64,000 nucleotides of DNA from Macrostomum lignano (taxonomy: Eukaryota), in assembly GCA_002269645.1 (NCBI GenBank), contig NIVC01001377.1, positions 237,632 to 301,631 of the forward strand. The letters are read 5' to 3'. The translations under genes and the position numbers were made by a program. The notes under the pieces are model-generated. The model was not told where the DNA came from, did not search any database, and saw nothing but the letters and a program-made list of their open reading frames with translations. Shown in pieces: positions 60,699 through 64,000 of the stretch. Each line of letters starts with the position of its first letter. The stretch's first letter is position 1.

Positions 60699-61174
60699 CA
60701 GACCAAAGATAGGTTGGGCCAGAGACAACACGCAAAATTCTGACATACGAATAGAAACAAAGTCGCATTCTTGAACTACTTGCATGCTAGCTCTCAGTCT
60801 TTAACAAAACCCTGTGACCAAAAAATGGCAAGTTTAACCTGTCCAACCATCAGCTGGTCTCTAGCAGGGGCGTCGCTACCGGGGGGGGGCACGCGACGCC
60901 TCTGGCGCTAAAATGAGTGCCAGTGGCGCTAAAATGATTGCCTGCGGCGGCGCTAAAATGAGTGCCGGCGGCGCTAAAATGAGTGCCGGCGGCGCTAAAA
61001 TGAGTGCCTGCGGCGCTAAAATGAGTGCTTGTGGCGCTAAAATAGCACCATTCTGAAACTAATGTACATGTAGGAATTTAGGCATGTACATTTACAATAT
61101 GCAGAATTCTTGGCTTTGTCCCCCATAAAATCGACGCCTCTGCTCTCTGGCCCAATCTACATGTCTTTGTTCTG
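60699..61174. mobile_element. Decayed Tc1/mariner-like MITE (TA|CAG...CTG|TA)
   Basis: Left TA|CAGACCAAAGATAGGTTGGGCCAGAG, right CTCTGGCCCAATCTACATGTCTTTGTTCTG|TA (imperfect inverted repeat); a related end-like sequence occurs at about 38274-38306. Confidence 0.6.
60903..61045. repeat. About 21-bp minisatellite GGCGCTAAAATGAGTGCCGGC, about 6 copies
   Basis: Direct inspection. Confidence 0.9.
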
Positions 61175-61884
61175 TAGGATTGCAGCTTGAATGTCCGTTT
61201 TCGTAACTTTGAATGTCAAAAGCCATGCTAATCAAATATAAATAAAGCAGTGGGACACAGGTACTACAATATCACCTGTGCTTCCTCGCAAGCAATCCAA
61301 ACAGGCTGGGAAACGCGGATTGAATTTCCAGCTTTGTGGAAGCATCAAACAGCAAAAAGAATATCTCAAATCCGTTCAAAACAGCCATGAAATAACACGT
61401 ATCAGGTGTCCGTAGAAATAAATGCACGAATAAAGTAAGTACCACTATAAGTAGTATCACAGGACGAATTGTCTTTATAAAAGGATTCGAAGTTCTAATT
61501 TTACAGCGCTTTGCGTGCTTCAGTCGTGTGATTTGAAGACTCATCTAGTTTGAACGAGCCCTTAGACTTCTGAGACATGCAGACGTAACAGAGGGTTTAA
61601 TCTGCATCATTTTGTAGTCGACTTGCTAACGAATGATTTCATCTACTGAATTTGACCTTAAATTAGAGACCAAACCTGCTGAATAATAATGTAGAAATTA
61701 GGATACTAGTTATGCCTTTCTCTTGATGACAGCTGGCAGGAATCTGCATTATTAGATTTTTAACCCTCATTAGGCCTCATTATCACACCTAGAAGCATCA
61801 TGTACATAAATTAATTGATGGTATCTGTTTGCTTTTGCAGTATAGAGTGTCGGAAGTTGCCGTGTGTCGGAAAACAGAGACACG

Positions 61885-62490
<606 letters not shown>

Positions 62491-63759
62491 TACAGCAGCA
62501 GATGAACGGGAAAACCAACCTAACTATGACTAAGAATCTAAAAATATAAAAATTAAAATTAAAACTATTTAAAATCGAAACTACTCATAATCTGCAGATC
62601 TACGTAGGACTCCCCAGTTGTACTTTGCAAATCATGAGTAATTGCCTTTAGTCTTTAAATTCAATAATGGAAGATTGTTTAGTTTTCGTACCACGTTAAT
62701 AAGAATTAGTTTCCAGTGAAAACAAATTCAGGAATAATGATTTAGGCTCCCTGTTAGTCACAAAGACACCCAATCTTGTTTACTTGATTAACTGTCAGAT
62801 ATAATCGATTGAAAAAACTCCAGTTCGATGGCTGAAGATAGTTTACAGTTCAACGGATTCTTTCATTAAGAGAAATAACTTTGAGCTCTGAGCAGGAGGT
62901 TAGGGTACGAACTGAGCAACGGAGGGAGGGTCAAAGGGAAAAAGTAATGAAAGTCTGTAGAGCAATCCTAAGTGCCTGTAGTCAAATTCTGACTCAGGAC
63001 GTTCGAATCTATCAATATTCATTTTGTCGAACTTACGGGCACGGAGAAGTTGCAGCCTTTTACCCAGCGATGTGGTTGACAGCTCTAAGTGGGTACAGTA
63101 TTAAGTCCCTATTTCCACGAAATTCGCTCTCGTGGGGAAAGCCTGCGACGATAGACGAAATCCCCAGAGTAGACGGCTGTCTCAACCGTTTATAAAACTA
63201 CTCAGGGATTGAAAGCTGGGAGTCTATCTCTGCCCTACGATAGAGTCTCGGCCACTCTGCAGTAGAAATATACAAGAGCACAAAAATCGAGTCTTTAAAG
63301 AAGGTCGTGGAGCTCCCGGATTTACGTGCAAGGGGAAGCCCTGAGAGGCGTTTTCACCCGCCAGTCTCATTCAACAGCTTAGCAAATGCCGGCTCACTGA
63401 GACTGCTTGTTTTCCCTATAGCCGGTTGAGCACAGCAAGGAAAATGCGCTGTGAGAGAGACAAACGAAAGAATTGATGGCTGAGGGATAGATAGAAATGA
63501 CAGAGACGGAGCTGAGAAGCCACGGAAGCAGAAAAGTTGAGCGGTCACGCGATCTGTCAATTTTAGCAGCCAATCGAGGCGAGGCAGGACTGCTCTCGCC
63601 CTTTAAATTCGCGATAGCAGGAAAGAAAAGTAGAGTTCTCAACCCATGTTCCTAAATCATCTCAAATTCGACTACCTGGCTGAAGCAGCTGCTGAAGCGC
63701 CTATAAAATGCTCGTAAACTGATACTTTGTGATTTGAAACAACACTTCACCTCGCTCAG

Positions 63760-64000
63760 GTTTCGCAAGTCCAAGTCGTCCAGCGACAAGGCGGGTGGCA
63801 GCAAAGGCGCCGGCGGCAAAAGAGACGAACGGAGGCGACCCGAGCAAGATGGGCTGCGGGCCGAGCTCCAGCGCCGATGACGACTCGGAGCAGCAACAGC
63901 AACCGCTGCAGAAGCAGCAAAAAAGACGACGGCAAGAAACATGGCAAGCAAAAACGATCGAAGTCGCCGCAGACTGGCGGCAAAGACGTCACCGATGCCT
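63760..64000 (+). CDS. Probable exon of a gene continuing beyond the window; candidate start MGCGPSSSADDD at 63849
   Basis: Acceptor CTCGCTCAG|63760, jump in GC content, two frames open to the window end, AAG-ATG-G context at 63849. Reading frame not resolved. Confidence 0.4.

Overview
Eukaryotic (animal) genomic DNA with spliceosomal introns, GC-rich exons and roughly 29% tandem repeat (hand tally about 19 kb). The repeat style suggests a free-living flatworm such as Macrostomum; this is an inference, no search was run. I reconstructed six protein-coding genes by matching splice phases by hand: the 3' end of a WSC+PAN/apple gene (+), an IAP-like BIR-UBA-RING gene (+), a PLAC8/cornifelin gene (+), a 7-exon PLP-dependent aromatic amino acid decarboxylase (+), a 10-exon Cys-loop anion channel (+) and an ACP7-type purple acid phosphatase (-). 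A possible seventh gene starts at the right edge. Mobile DNA includes two tRNA-derived SINE families (5 copies), a TA-flanked Tc1/mariner-like MITE and a 40-bp hAT-like element with a perfect 8-bp TSD. The most interesting signals are: (1) the decarboxylase keeps its PLP machinery but its catalytic DPxYL loop is replaced by a duplicated, Tyr-less motif straddling an intron; (2) the 40-bp minimal transposon; (3) an excess of TA-NNNN-TA motifs that resemble excision footprints; (4) an orphan chloride channel with a mixed ligand pocket; (5) an intron bounded by a 7-bp direct repeat whose acceptor is built from a minisatellite. Comparisons to reference proteins and repeat families are from memory and need database confirmation. 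There is no CRISPR array, rRNA or true tRNA gene.
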